DNA of 64,000 bases, taken from contig OZ253470.1 of assembly GCA_965261735.1 (NCBI GenBank), positions 320,001 to 384,000 on the forward strand, written 5' to 3'. The position numbers were made by a program, and so were the translations under genes. Below the pieces are notes generated by a model. It saw only the letters and a list, made by a program, of their open reading frames with translations, ran no database searches and had not been told where the DNA came from. Source of the stretch: Alphaproteobacteria bacterium (GTDB lineage: Bacteria > Pseudomonadota > Alphaproteobacteria > SHVV01). This document shows positions 51,637 through 62,010 of this stretch, piece by piece (within the stretch, counting starts at the first letter, position 1; each line of letters begins with the position of its first letter).

Positions 51637-52029
51637 TCAACCCCGCCGGGCCAGCCACAGCGCCGCGATCCATACCGGCAGGCTGAGCACCACCGCGGCG
51701 ACAACGATCGCCAGCGGGCCGAGCAATCCCAGCAGTAGCGACGCCGCCACCGTTACGGTCCCCAGCGCCGCGCCCACGCCCCAGGCGGCACGGCGAAATC
51801 CGAGCCACCACAACCGTCGGCACGCCAGCGCCAGTGGCAGGCCGCAAGGGGCGACGACGATCAGCGAGGGCGCTGCCATCAACACCATCGGCAACCACAT
51901 TCCGGTCATCTCCGACGGTGTCCTCTCCGGCATGAAGCGGAACGCCGTCGTCGTGACGACCCCCACCGGCAGCCAGAGCAGCGCCAGCGGCCAGAATCCC
52001 CGGCGCCTGGTGGATCCCCGCTCGTTCAT
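51637..52029 (-). CDS. Small integral membrane protein
   Basis: About four hydrophobic segments. Confidence 0.55.
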   Translation of the reverse strand: MNERGSTRRRGFWPLALLWLPVGVVTTTAFRFMPERTPSEMTGMWLPMVLMAAPSLIVVAPCGLPLALACRRLWWLGFRRAAWGVGAALGTVTVAASLLLGLLGPLAIVVAAVVLSLPVWIAALWLARRG

Positions 52030-52082
52030 GCCACGCACAACACCAAGGCGATCCGTGATGCGTTGAGAAGAGAAGTTTGCGC

Positions 52083-52376
52083 TTATTTCGCCTTTTCATT
52101 CTTGTATGCGATGAAGCCCGACGCGCCCTTGCCTTTGGCGCGGCACAGTGTGTAACCCTGATTGCCGAGATTGAATTTCGGGTCATTCTCAAGGCCTGCG
52201 AGAGCCACGACGATCTTCACCGCCACGGGATCGGGTTTGTCTTTGGCTTGTGAAGCAGATTGGCGCTCTAACCACTTTGCGAAAACTTCTTCGGCGAGGT
52301 CGTCACCGACAGATTTCCGAAGCGCGTTCAATTTTCTTACCCGACCCTTGGTGAGCCCAGTTTCATCGATAGCCAT
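52083..52376 (-). CDS. Conserved-looking small hypothetical protein
   Basis: 97 aa, RBS-like AGGAA before the ATG; RKLNALRKSVGD. Confidence 0.65.
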   Translation of the reverse strand: MAIDETGLTKGRVRKLNALRKSVGDDLAEEVFAKWLERQSASQAKDKPDPVAVKIVVALAGLENDPKFNLGNQGYTLCRAKGKGASGFIAYKNEKAK

Positions 52377-52707
52377 TTCCTGAACCTCTCATTTCCGGCC
52401 TCTCTCACCGCAGCGTGGCGCGGCTTCGGTACAACCAATTACCACTGTTATGCAACAGTTCACGAGCAACAGCGCATGCGATCGCCGAGGCACCCGCGTG
52501 TACCACACGACCGGCGTCAACTGCATACGCGCGGAATGTCAACACGCTCAAGCCACCGCATTGATGGCTTTCAACGCCTGCCCACAACGAAGTCCTTTAA
52601 AACAGGGCCTTTGGAGCCGCCTGTAGTATACACATGGGTAAAAGGGCACTATATGTAGTGGCCTTAGGAGACTGTTTCGGTTCGGGGAACAACAGAGGCC
52701 ACACATC

Positions 52708-52992
52708 ATGAGCAGAGCCGCATTCGTCGAGAATGTCGCCAGGAAGGGCAACATGAGCAAGGCCGAGGCCAAGCGCACGGTCGACCTGGTCCTGGGCGAG
52801 GTCGAGGCTGGGCTGAAGAAGTCGAAGAAGGAAGGCCGCTACACCATCGGCAACTTCGGCACCTTCACCATCACCAGGCGTCCGGCGCGCAAGGGCCGCA
52901 ATCCGCAAACGGGCGAAGCGATCCGGATCAAGGCCTCCAAGGTTCTGAAGTTCCGGCCGGCCGCCGCGTTGAAGAGGGCGGCGGGCGCCTGA
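52708..52992 (+). CDS. hup: HU-family DNA-binding protein
   Basis: GNFGTF...RPARKGRNPQTGEAIRIKASKVLKFRP. Confidence 0.93.
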   Translation: MSRAAFVENVARKGNMSKAEAKRTVDLVLGEVEAGLKKSKKEGRYTIGNFGTFTITRRPARKGRNPQTGEAIRIKASKVLKFRPAAALKRAAGA

Positions 52993-53024
52993 TCTCTGGC
53001 TGACGTCTCCCGGTTTCGGCACTG

Positions 53025-54863
53025 ATGCGCACGTTGGAGGAGCAGACAGCCGCCGCACGCCAAGTGCTGAGGGGTGTATTCGGGTTCGACGGGTTCCGTC
53101 CGGGCCAGGAAGCGGCCATCGGCGCGTTGCTGTCGGGGCGCAGCGTGCTCACGGTGATGCCGACGGGATCGGGCAAGTCACTTTGTTTTCAGATTCCAGC
53201 TTTGATCACGGATGGACTCACTGTCGTGGTGTCCCCGCTGGTCGCGCTAATGCAGGACCAGGTCGCGGCGCTCAGGCTCGCCGGTGTCGCGGCCGACAGC
53301 ATCAATTCCGCAAATGGGCGTGCCGACAACATAGCCGCCTGGCGCCGGGCCGCGGCAGGCGAGACGCGGCTACTCTACATGGCCCCCGAACGTCTGATGA
53401 CCGAGCCGATGCTGGCCTCACTGGCACGATTGCCGGTGAAGCTGTTCGCCATCGACGAGGCGCATTGCATCTCGCAATGGGGACCGGCCTTCAGGCCGGA
53501 ATACGAAGACCTGTGCGGATTGCGGGATCTGTTCCCCGGGGTTCCAATCGCCGCGCTGACGGCGACCGCCGATGAAGTGACCCGCGAGGACATCGCAGAG
53601 CGGCTGTTCGGGGGCTCGGTGGAGTCCTTCGTCCTCGGCTTCGACCGTCCGAACATCAAGCTGTCGGTGGAGATGAAACGCGACTGGAAGCGCCAGCTGC
53701 GGGACTTTATTGCACGCCATGAAGGCGAGAGCGGCATCGTCTATTGCCTGTCGCGCAAGAAGACGGAGGAAACCGCCGCCCTGCTGACGGCGGACGGCGT
53801 GCGGGCGCTTCCCTATCACGCGGGCATGGAGAAGGAGGACCGGGAGGCGCACCAGAACATTTTCATGACCGATCCGGGGGTGGTCATCGTTGCCACCATC
53901 GCCTTCGGCATGGGGATCGACAAGGCGGATGTGCGTTACGTCTTCCACACCGACCTGCCCGGCAGCATCGAGGCCTATTATCAGGAGATCGGCCGGGCGG
54001 GACGCGACGGCTCACCCGCGGAAGCCCATATGGTCTATGGCCTGGCCGACATTCGCATGCGCCGGGTGTTCATCGAGGACGAGGATGCGGGCACCGAGCG
54101 TAAGCGCCGCGAGCATAAACGGCTTGATGCCTTGCTCGGCTATTGCGAGGCGCCGGCCTGCCGGCGCGTTGCCCTGCTGGATTACTTCGGAGAGGAAATC
54201 GAGCCCTGCGGCAATTGCGATGCCTGTCTCGACCCGGCCGAGCGTGCCGACGGGACCGAGGATGCGCAAAAGATCCTGTCGGCGATCTACCGCTCGGGCG
54301 AACGGTTCGGTGCGGCGCATGTGATCGATATCCTGTGCGGGGCGCAGACTGAAAAGATCACGCGGACCGGCCATCACCGGCTGCCAACCTTCGGAATCGG
54401 CGCAGCACGCGGCAAGAACGAGTGGCGCTCGCTGATCCGCCAGATGGTGGCGACCGGGTTCCTGCGGCTCGACATCGCGGGCTATGGCGGGCTTGCGATC
54501 ACCGGCAAGGGCCGCGCGCTGCTGCGGGGCGAAGGCGTATTCCTCTACCGCGGGGAGACGGTGGTTGCACGGCCGTCCGCCGCGCCGCGCGAAACCCGCA
54601 AGAAACAATCGGAATATCCGCTGAACGATAGTCAGGCGGCGCTGCTGGATGTGCTGAAGGCCCTGCGGCTGGAACTCGCCAGGGCGCGCGGCGTGCCGGC
54701 CTATATCGTGTTCCCGGACCGTTCGTTGATCGACATGGCGCGCCGGCGCCCGCGCACCGAAGAGGAGTTCGCCGAGGTCAACGGCGTCGGCGCGGCCAAG
54801 CTGAAGGCGTTTGCAACGCCGTTTCTCGCCGCCATCGACAGCGCCCTGGCCGATGCGGGATGA
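53025..54863 (+). CDS. recQ: DNA helicase RecQ
   Basis: PTGSGKS, DEAHCISQWG, QEIGRAGRDG, Zn-binding CRR..CGNCD.C, RQC and HRDC. Confidence 0.96.
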   Translation: MRTLEEQTAAARQVLRGVFGFDGFRPGQEAAIGALLSGRSVLTVMPTGSGKSLCFQIPALITDGLTVVVSPLVALMQDQVAALRLAGVAADSINSANGRADNIAAWRRAAAGETRLLYMAPERLMTEPMLASLARLPVKLFAIDEAHCISQWGPAFRPEYEDLCGLRDLFPGVPIAALTATADEVTREDIAERLFGGSVESFVLGFDRPNIKLSVEMKRDWKRQLRDFIARHEGESGIVYCLSRKKTEETAALLTADGVRALPYHAGMEKEDREAHQNIFMTDPGVVIVATIAFGMGIDKADVRYVFHTDLPGSIEAYYQEIGRAGRDGSPAEAHMVYGLADIRMRRVFIEDEDAGTERKRREHKRLDALLGYCEAPACRRVALLDYFGEEIEPCGNCDACLDPAERADGTEDAQKILSAIYRSGERFGAAHVIDILCGAQTEKITRTGHHRLPTFGIGAARGKNEWRSLIRQMVATGFLRLDIAGYGGLAITGKGRALLRGEGVFLYRGETVVARPSAAPRETRKKQSEYPLNDSQAALLDVLKALRLELARARGVPAYIVFPDRSLIDMARRRPRTEEEFAEVNGVGAAKLKAFATPFLAAIDSALADAG

Positions 54864-54879
54864 GCGAGGAACCTTCGGA

Positions 54880-56257
54880 ACCGATGGGGTGGACGCCCCT
54901 CCCGACGGCATCGCGATGTGCCAGGTTGGCGGTGTTGTTAACGCCAAGCGAGGAAGGGGGCGTCCATGGAACAGGTTCACATGATCGGGATCGATCTGGC
55001 GAAGAACAGCTTTCAGCTGCACGGTGCGCGGGCGGATGGGTCGGTTGCGTTCCGCAAGAAGCTGAGCCGGGCGAAGCTGTTGGACTTTGTGGCTGCGCAG
55101 CCACGCTGCACGGTGGCGATGGAGGCGTGCGGCGGCGCGCACCATTGGGGCCGGGAGATCGGCAGTCTCGGCCATGCGGTGCGACTGGTCCCACCGATCT
55201 ACGTCAAAGCGTACGTCAAGCGGCAAAAGAACGACGCGTCGGATGCGGAGGCGATCTGCGAGGCGTCGTCGCGGCCGACCATGCGCTTTGTGGCTGTGAA
55301 GACGGAGGAACAGCAGGCTCGGGGCATGCTGTTCCGGACGCGCGATCTTCTGGTGCGCCAGCGCACCCAGACGATTAATGCGCTGCGCGGCCATCTGGCG
55401 GAGTTCGGTGTCATTGCCCCGCAGGGGCCGGCTCATGTCGGCCGGCTGGCCTCGGCGCTTGAGGGACCGGCTTCGAGGTTGCCGGAAGCGGTCCGCGAGC
55501 TGGCCGGCCTTCTGCTTGAGCAGATCGCCGGCCTCGATGCGAAGATTGCGGGCCTGGAGAGGGAGGTCCACGTGAGAGCACGGCAGGATGAGGAGGCGAG
55601 GCGCCTGATGAGCGTGCCGGGGATCGGGCCGATCAGCGCGATGGCAATCCAGGCCTTCGCACCGCCGATGGAGAGTTTCCGGCGCGGCCGCGACTTCTCC
55701 GCTTGGCTCGGCCTCGTGCCGCGCCAGCACACGACCGGCGGCAAGCCGAAGCTGGGCAAGATATCGAAGATGGGCCAGCGCGATCTGAGACGGCTGCTGA
55801 TCACAGGCGCGATGACTGTGGTCCGCTGGGCGGTTCGGCGCGGCGTGACGACGGACCCCTGGCTGGCCGGGATGCTGGCGCGCAAGCCGAGGATGCTCGT
55901 CGCGGTGGCGCTGGCCAACAGGATGGCGCGCATCGTCTGGGCGCTACTGACGAAGAAGGAGAGCTACCGGGCTCCCGCCACCGCCTGAGAGAACGGCGAA
56001 GTGCGGGAAGCCGTCGGGGATGTGGGCACGACGGAGGACAGGTAAGGGCAAAGGTCAACGAGACCGGGTTGGGAAAACCAGCATCCGAACGGAGAGCTTT
56101 CAAGCTCGCGTAACCGATTTGGACCCAATCCGCGTATCTCCATACGGGCCCGCGGCGTGTCATCTGCCGCATAGAGAGGCCGGACACACGACAGCACCTG
56201 ACCGCATGCACCGAGCCGACCAAAAACTGCTTGCATCAACGGGGGCGTCCACACACG
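54880..56257 (+). mobile_element. IS110-family element with intact transposase 54966-55988
   Basis: IGIDLAK, MEAC, KNDASDAEAI, AWLGLVP; subterminal TGGACGCCCC / GGGGCGTCCA repeats and a long 3' non-coding region. Confidence 0.9.
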
Positions 56258-57226
56258 GTTCGGTATTACCGACGATAATCGGCTTGCCGTGTCTGGATGT
56301 TCACTTTATGTTCGATCAGCTTCGCCGGCGCATGCCTTGTGACGTGCTCATCGCCGTGGGATGAAGGCGCGGCGGTGACCGGCTTGTCAGCTCTTCGGCG
56401 TGTCGTCAGGCATAGAGCCCAGGATAAGGACCTCCACGAGTGGGTCCCGTGGGTCCGGACGATCGTGTGTGACCAATTCGCGGTAGCCGACCTCGGTCAT
56501 TCAGCGGGCGCGGGCAAGGTGGCTTTTGAGGGACTTGCGAGTGCGCTCCGGCTCACTGGCGGTGTCAATGCCGAGGATCTCTCTTCGGCGAGATGCGGGT
56601 CGCGGACATCACCTGCGCCCATGTTCGCCGCTGGTTCGACGGGTTGAGCGAGCGCCCAGGCAGCGCGCGGTCCCGCTGTCAGGCGCGCATTGCCTGATCG
56701 GTGATAGGGCGCGAATGCGGCCAATCGGGTTGCGGTTACAGGCGGATGCTCCAGCTCGTGGATATTGAGCGACCCTCGTGCTCTTCTTCGCCGGGCGTAT
56801 CGTACTTTTTGGAGTGGCGCTCCACATAGTCGTCGAATTCCTTTTGCGCCGCCTCGCGCTCCTCTTGAGTGGCTGTATTGTCCACAGCCGACTGAAGCCG
56901 CCGGAATTTGTGTTGTTCGGCGTGGAATATTGGGTCTGACTCAATCTCGATGATGGTGGCTTCGGACAGCACGACGAGGCGGATTCTGAGCACATCCAGA
57001 TCGGCACATCCCAAAATTCTGGCGCTGGAAGGCCCCCAGATTGTCGATCTGGCCTCCGTTCGCCGGCATCTGGCGTCCATAAACCGCTGACATCATCGAG
57101 ACCGCGACAGACCCGAATATATTTGGCAGTCTCCAATCGAGACATGGATTGGCCGACCCGCGGCGTCTACTTTTTGGGGCTTATATACATGACTAGACAC
57201 AACGTAAGAATAGGAGAAGTTGAAAT

Positions 57227-57592
57227 ATGCGGTCAATAAAAGGATGCTTCATGCTCGTCGTAGCTTTCGTTTTGACGCTCAACAACTTCTTCTACGCCGT
57301 CAATCCCGCGGCGGCCAAGCCCATATTTGATTGGATCGACCCTTTCGCAGTCGTCGCCCTCGTACTCGTTTTCATGGAGAAAATCCTCGGTTCGATGCGC
57401 GGCGAAACCGAATGGCCTCGGCTCGTAGTAACGGTCCTGGTCGGGGCGCTGGTTCATTTATACGCCTACAATTACTTGGCGAAGATGGCAGGCAGTGGAC
57501 TGGAGAGCGGAACCATGTGGCTGGTTATGGTGCCGTTTACGGTTTCCTTGCTCATCTATGAGGGCTTTTTGCTGATCCGCGAAGCCAAATAA
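57227..57592 (+). CDS. Four-TM membrane protein
   Basis: RBS AGGAG; four hydrophobic segments. Confidence 0.7.
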   Translation: MRSIKGCFMLVVAFVLTLNNFFYAVNPAAAKPIFDWIDPFAVVALVLVFMEKILGSMRGETEWPRLVVTVLVGALVHLYAYNYLAKMAGSGLESGTMWLVMVPFTVSLLIYEGFLLIREAK

Positions 57593-57805
57593 GGACTTGT
57601 CTAGTCATGTATATAAGCCCCTACTTTTTCACGGAGGCTGGAGAACGCCGATCGGACAGCAGAAAGAGCCTCCGATGCGAAGGCAGCGGAAGCGATCATA
57701 CATTGCGCACCGGCAGGAACTGTCGACGGTTGTGGCGTTGACGTCGACCAGTCAGAAGATACGATCTGCGCTTCGCATCCATCCCCGTCTCAAGTGAGGA
57801 GTGTA

Positions 57806-58495
57806 ATGAACTTGGGCAGACTCTGTAAGGCAGCCACCGTCGGCCTTGCCCTGAGCATGCTGGTGAACACTTCAGTGGATGCCGAGGCGCCGAATGCCGT
57901 CGACGAGATCCGCAAACTGTACGCGGAATTTCAGACCTTCAAGAATGAAGATAAATTCCGCAGGGTCGGGTACGGTCGGTGCTGCAAATACTACCAGTGG
58001 ATGAAGGAAGTCGAAGGCCTGCGAGGAAACGATGCTGGCGAATTTCTTCGGTCGTTCGGGATCCTCCCTGGAGAACTGATCTCCCTCGGGATGGAGTACT
58101 ACCAAGGTCGCGGCAACCAGGGTGCAGCCAAAATGTGGGAGGCAAGCGTCGCGGCAATACTGAACCCGAAATCTGCCGAACGCTCGATCGATGCAGAGAA
58201 CGACGAACCTGACCGGGTGATTGGACGGTGGGAGGTGCACATTAATCGGACTCTTTGGGAGAGCGTCACGATCCAGACCGTGGGCGGGAAACCCCTGTAC
58301 GCCGGTGAATTCAAGGACGGATCGAGCCGAGAAATCGAACTCGTCGAGATACACGCGAAAGTAAGCGAGTTGCGAAGGTTCCGAGGCGCCGAAGGCTCGT
58401 CGTGGGATCCGAACGAGCAAGTAGCAATTTCAAACGGTGGGAAGCTCAAGTTCTACGACGAACTCGGATACATCCGAACAGCGGAGCCACGCTGA
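57806..58495 (+). CDS. Exported hypothetical protein
   Basis: RBS GAGGAG; signal peptide ending VDA. Confidence 0.65.
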   Translation: MNLGRLCKAATVGLALSMLVNTSVDAEAPNAVDEIRKLYAEFQTFKNEDKFRRVGYGRCCKYYQWMKEVEGLRGNDAGEFLRSFGILPGELISLGMEYYQGRGNQGAAKMWEASVAAILNPKSAERSIDAENDEPDRVIGRWEVHINRTLWESVTIQTVGGKPLYAGEFKDGSSREIELVEIHAKVSELRRFRGAEGSSWDPNEQVAISNGGKLKFYDELGYIRTAEPR

Positions 58496-58882
58496 AACGC
58501 CGTTTCGCATGGTCCGTTTGGCACCGCCGTATCAAGTGTATCCCGCGCATACTAACGAGAACTGATTCAAGAGAGTGCATTGACCAAGTCGTCGCCGGCT
58601 TGGCGATTGGTTAGTGGTACTCGACGCGTGGCGCACCGAAGATGCGTGTTTTGGCCGTAGCTAGATGCGCACGGCCGTAGAAGGCCTCGACTCGCGCGAC
58701 CCTCACGCCGCGGTCGGTCATCCACCGATTGAGCAACGTGAGCATGAAGTCTTCAGCGTCCGGAGTCTTAGCGCGAAGCGAGAACGCCACTTTGTGCGTG
58801 ACCATGATCGTTAGCTGGTTGACCGGGGCATCGCCACCGTGGACGGATGTCGCAGCACCGCAGATCACGTTGCGGATCGAGG

Positions 58883-59310
58883 TGGGAACGGCGGTGAGAA
58901 ATTAGTCCACGGTAGCGGCGGGATTGTCTCGCTGCGGGCGGAGCAACACTCTGCCACTTGAGCCCTTTCCTGAGCCCTTTCCGGCGACGGGGAGGGCGTG
59001 GGCATGCATACCGTGGAACTTTATCGAAAGGTTCGTCTCGCTTGCCGGGACGGAATGAGCGAGCGCGCCGCGGCGCGTCATTTCGGGATTTCGCGCGAGA
59101 GCGTAAAGAAGATGCTGTGGTTTTTAGGTGCCTTCGGGCTATCGGCGGACGGCACCGGTTAGGCGCCCGAAGCTGGACGGGTTCACCGAGATCATCGACC
59201 AGTGGTTGAAGGAGGATCTGAAGCAGCTGCGCAAGCAGCGCCACACGGCTAAGCGTATCTTCGACCGGCTTCGCGCCGAGAACGGGTTCAGCGGCGGCAA
59301 CGTGCCCTAA
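58883..59310 (+). mobile_element. IS21-family left end and istA 5' pseudogene
   Basis: MHTVELYRKVRLACRDGMSERAAARHFGISRESVKKM, then stop; KQRHTAKRIFDRLRAENGFSGG. Confidence 0.75.
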
Positions 59311-59566
59311 AGGCCCGGATGGCGAAACTGACCCCAACCCGACAAACCATGCCGCCCTGCGGGCAGCCGGCGGGCGCGGACCGCTTGAGCTCTGCATGGC
59401 TCGGCTGCCCGCTCCTGCCCAAAAACCCTCGCACCGCATCTCCGAATCCCAGTCTCACGCCAAGCTCAGTTCACCAGCCCAGGGGGCAGTCTTTTGGGCC
59501 GCCCTTTCGCTGAATCTTCAACCGGCGTTGACAGGCTTTGTGTGAAAATTGCCCCGCCCGCAGCCA

Positions 59567-59858
59567 TCACATCCGCCTCAAGGTCCAGAGGACCTTTCCG
59601 ACGATGTGGGCGTCCTGGGCGAGGCATGTGTAGGGTTCGTACGCGGGGTTGGCGGAGATCAGCCTGAGCCGGGGCGGCTCGGCGTTGGGCAGGACCTCGA
59701 CCCGCTTGACCACGAGGCCGGTGCCGTCCCACAGCACCGCCGTCTCGCCGGTGCCGGGGGCGCGGCGGGTCACGTCGACCAGCAGCCGGTCGCCGTCGGA
59801 GACCAGGGGCTCCATCGACTCGCCCCGCGCGCGCAGGACACGGAGATAACTGGGTTCG
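59567..59858 (-). pseudogene. S24 peptidase (CI/LexA-like repressor) C-terminal fragment
   Basis: RGESMEPLVSDGD.LLVD...VVKR...LISANPAY...IVGKV; HTH domain missing. Confidence 0.75.
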
Positions 59859-60398
59859 TTATGTATGATTTTATACCATTGATTTAATTGATAATTTATA
59901 TGTTTTCATTTCTTCCGTAAGCGGAACGCAAGCGAATTCGATCAAACTACAGCGCTTGCGGGCGCATCTCTGACGTAGCTCCCGCTTAACAAACGGGGGG
60001 GCATTGCTGCGCCCCGCCCCTCACAGACGTAGTAACGATTCGGTCATGCCGGGATGAGCGGGGAAGAGCGCGCCCGCCGGGCGCTGTAGGTCAGCGTCGT
60101 TTGACGTTGAGGGGGAGTGCGGCGAGACCTCGGACGACAGTTGATCGCCGGTAGCGGGGCACGGCCGTAGCGAGTTCGATGGTGCCGAGCGTGCGGAGCG
60201 CCTCGGTAAAGACAGCGCTTGCTTCCACGCGCGCAAGTTCGGCACCGATGCACTGGTGGACGCCGTGTCCGAACGATGTGTGCCGGAGGCCTCTTCCACT
60301 GCGATCAGCCGGATTGATCCTTCCTCGCCTTTTCTCCAGCGTTGAAACGCGATAGTCTTGGCGCTAGATTTCTGACAAACTGGCTTGGAGACACGAAC

Positions 60399-60995
60399 AT
60401 GCGCGGCCTTCCCAAGCGCATCATGGAGTATGCCGAGGCCCTTCCGGAGGCCACGCCGCTGTGTCCGGCCGCCCTGCTTCATCTCGGCAACCGGGCGGCG
60501 GTCGACCAGGCTTTGTGGCGCCTTGCCCGTTCGGGCCGGCTCATGCGGATCTGCCAGGGCGTCTACATGCGCCCGGTCGAAACCCGTTTCGGCCTTCGGG
60601 CGCCCCGTGTTGGCAAGGCGCTGGCCGCGCTGTCGAAGATGTGGGGTGAAACGATCGTGCCGTGCGGTGGCTCCGCGGCCAACTGCCTGGGTCTGACCAC
60701 GCAGAATCCGGTGCGCGCGGTCTATCTCACCTCCGGTCCCAACCGCCGGTTGCACTTTGGCTCGTCCATAGTCGAGCTGCGTCACGCTCCCCGCTGGCAA
60801 CTGGCGGCCCCGCACCGCAAGGCGGGAGACGTCATCCGCGCTCTGGCATGGCTCGGTCCCGAAGAGGTCGAGAACAGCCTCGAAGCGGTCCTGCCGACGC
60901 TCTCCGAGGCGGACCGGGACGAGCTCGCGGCCGCGCGAGCCGTCATGCCCATCTGGATGGCGGAACCGGTGAGCACGCGCCTTTCGCATGGCTGA
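60399..60995 (+). CDS. Type IV TA antitoxin, AbiEi/DUF6088-like
   Basis: RAAVDQALWRL...RICQGVY...LGLTTQNP...YLTSGP. Confidence 0.85.
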   Translation: MRGLPKRIMEYAEALPEATPLCPAALLHLGNRAAVDQALWRLARSGRLMRICQGVYMRPVETRFGLRAPRVGKALAALSKMWGETIVPCGGSAANCLGLTTQNPVRAVYLTSGPNRRLHFGSSIVELRHAPRWQLAAPHRKAGDVIRALAWLGPEEVENSLEAVLPTLSEADRDELAAARAVMPIWMAEPVSTRLSHG

Positions 60996-62010
60996 GACGC
61001 GATACCAGGACCTCTCGGCCGACGACAGGCGCGACGCTCTGGAAGTGGCGGAGCGCAGCGGCAGCCATAAGGCGCATCTTCTGGAGAAGGATGTCTGGGT
61101 CGTCGCGACGCTCGGCGTCCTGTTCGACGCGCCGTTCTCCGGTCACCTGACCTTCAAGGGCGGCACGTCGCTGTCGAAAGTATGGCGCGCGATCCGCCGA
61201 TTCTCCGAAGACATCGACATCACTTACGACATTCGCGCCTTCGCGCCAGACCTGGTTTCCGGCGCCGGCGCCGAGGCGATTCCGCCCACGCGCAGTCAGG
61301 AGAAGCGGTGGACGCGGGCAATCCGAGACCGTCTCGCCGAATGGGTTCGCGATCGGGCCTGCCCGATCGTCGAAGAAGGGCTTGGACGTGCCGGTTTCGT
61401 GGCGCGGATCCGTGCCGAGGCGGAGCGGCTCTACATCGGATACGAGCCGCTGTTCGAGGAGACCAGATTCGTGCGTCCGGAGGTCATGGTCGAGTTCGGC
61501 GCCCAATCCACGGGCGAACCGCACAGAATCCTGTCGGTCGTGTGCGACGCGGCAGCTTACTTGCCCGATCTGGCGTTTCCCGAGACGCGCCCGACCGTCA
61601 TGCTCGCGGAACGCACCTTCTGGGAGAAGGCGACCGCCATCCACGTCTTCTGCCGCCAGGAGCGGCGCCGGGGCCAGCGCCTGTCGAGGCACTGGCACGA
61701 TCTTGCGCGCCTCGACGAGGCGGGCATTGCGGCGAGCGCGCTGGCCGACCGTGCGCTCGCGCTTTCGGTCGCCCGCCACAAGGCCATGTTCTTCGCCGAG
61801 AACGATGCCCACGTTAACCGGATCGACTATGAGGCGGCGGTCTCGGGAGGCCTCCAACTCGTTCCCGCAGGGGCCGCGCATGCGGTACTCGCCGACGACT
61901 ACGCGAGAATGCTGGCCGACGGCATGCTGCTCGACGAGAGCGAACCGTTCGATGCGCTGATGGAGCTGTGCGCCGCGATCGAGACGAGAGCAAACGGACA
62001 GAAGGAATGA
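60988..62010 (+). CDS. AbiEii/AbiGii nucleotidyltransferase toxin
   Basis: EKDVWV, FKGGTSLSK, RFSEDIDI, RTFWEK, RHWHDL. Confidence 0.92.
   Translation: MAETRYQDLSADDRRDALEVAERSGSHKAHLLEKDVWVVATLGVLFDAPFSGHLTFKGGTSLSKVWRAIRRFSEDIDITYDIRAFAPDLVSGAGAEAIPPTRSQEKRWTRAIRDRLAEWVRDRACPIVEEGLGRAGFVARIRAEAERLYIGYEPLFEETRFVRPEVMVEFGAQSTGEPHRILSVVCDAAAYLPDLAFPETRPTVMLAERTFWEKATAIHVFCRQERRRGQRLSRHWHDLARLDEAGIAASALADRALALSVARHKAMFFAENDAHVNRIDYEAAVSGGLQLVPAGAAHAVLADDYARMLADGMLLDESEPFDALMELCAAIETRANGQKE

Noticed and set aside
54012-55730. Long antisense ORFs (also 11845-12900, 50299-51429, 60943-62364)
   Set aside because: Shadow ORFs opposite well-supported genes in GC-rich DNA
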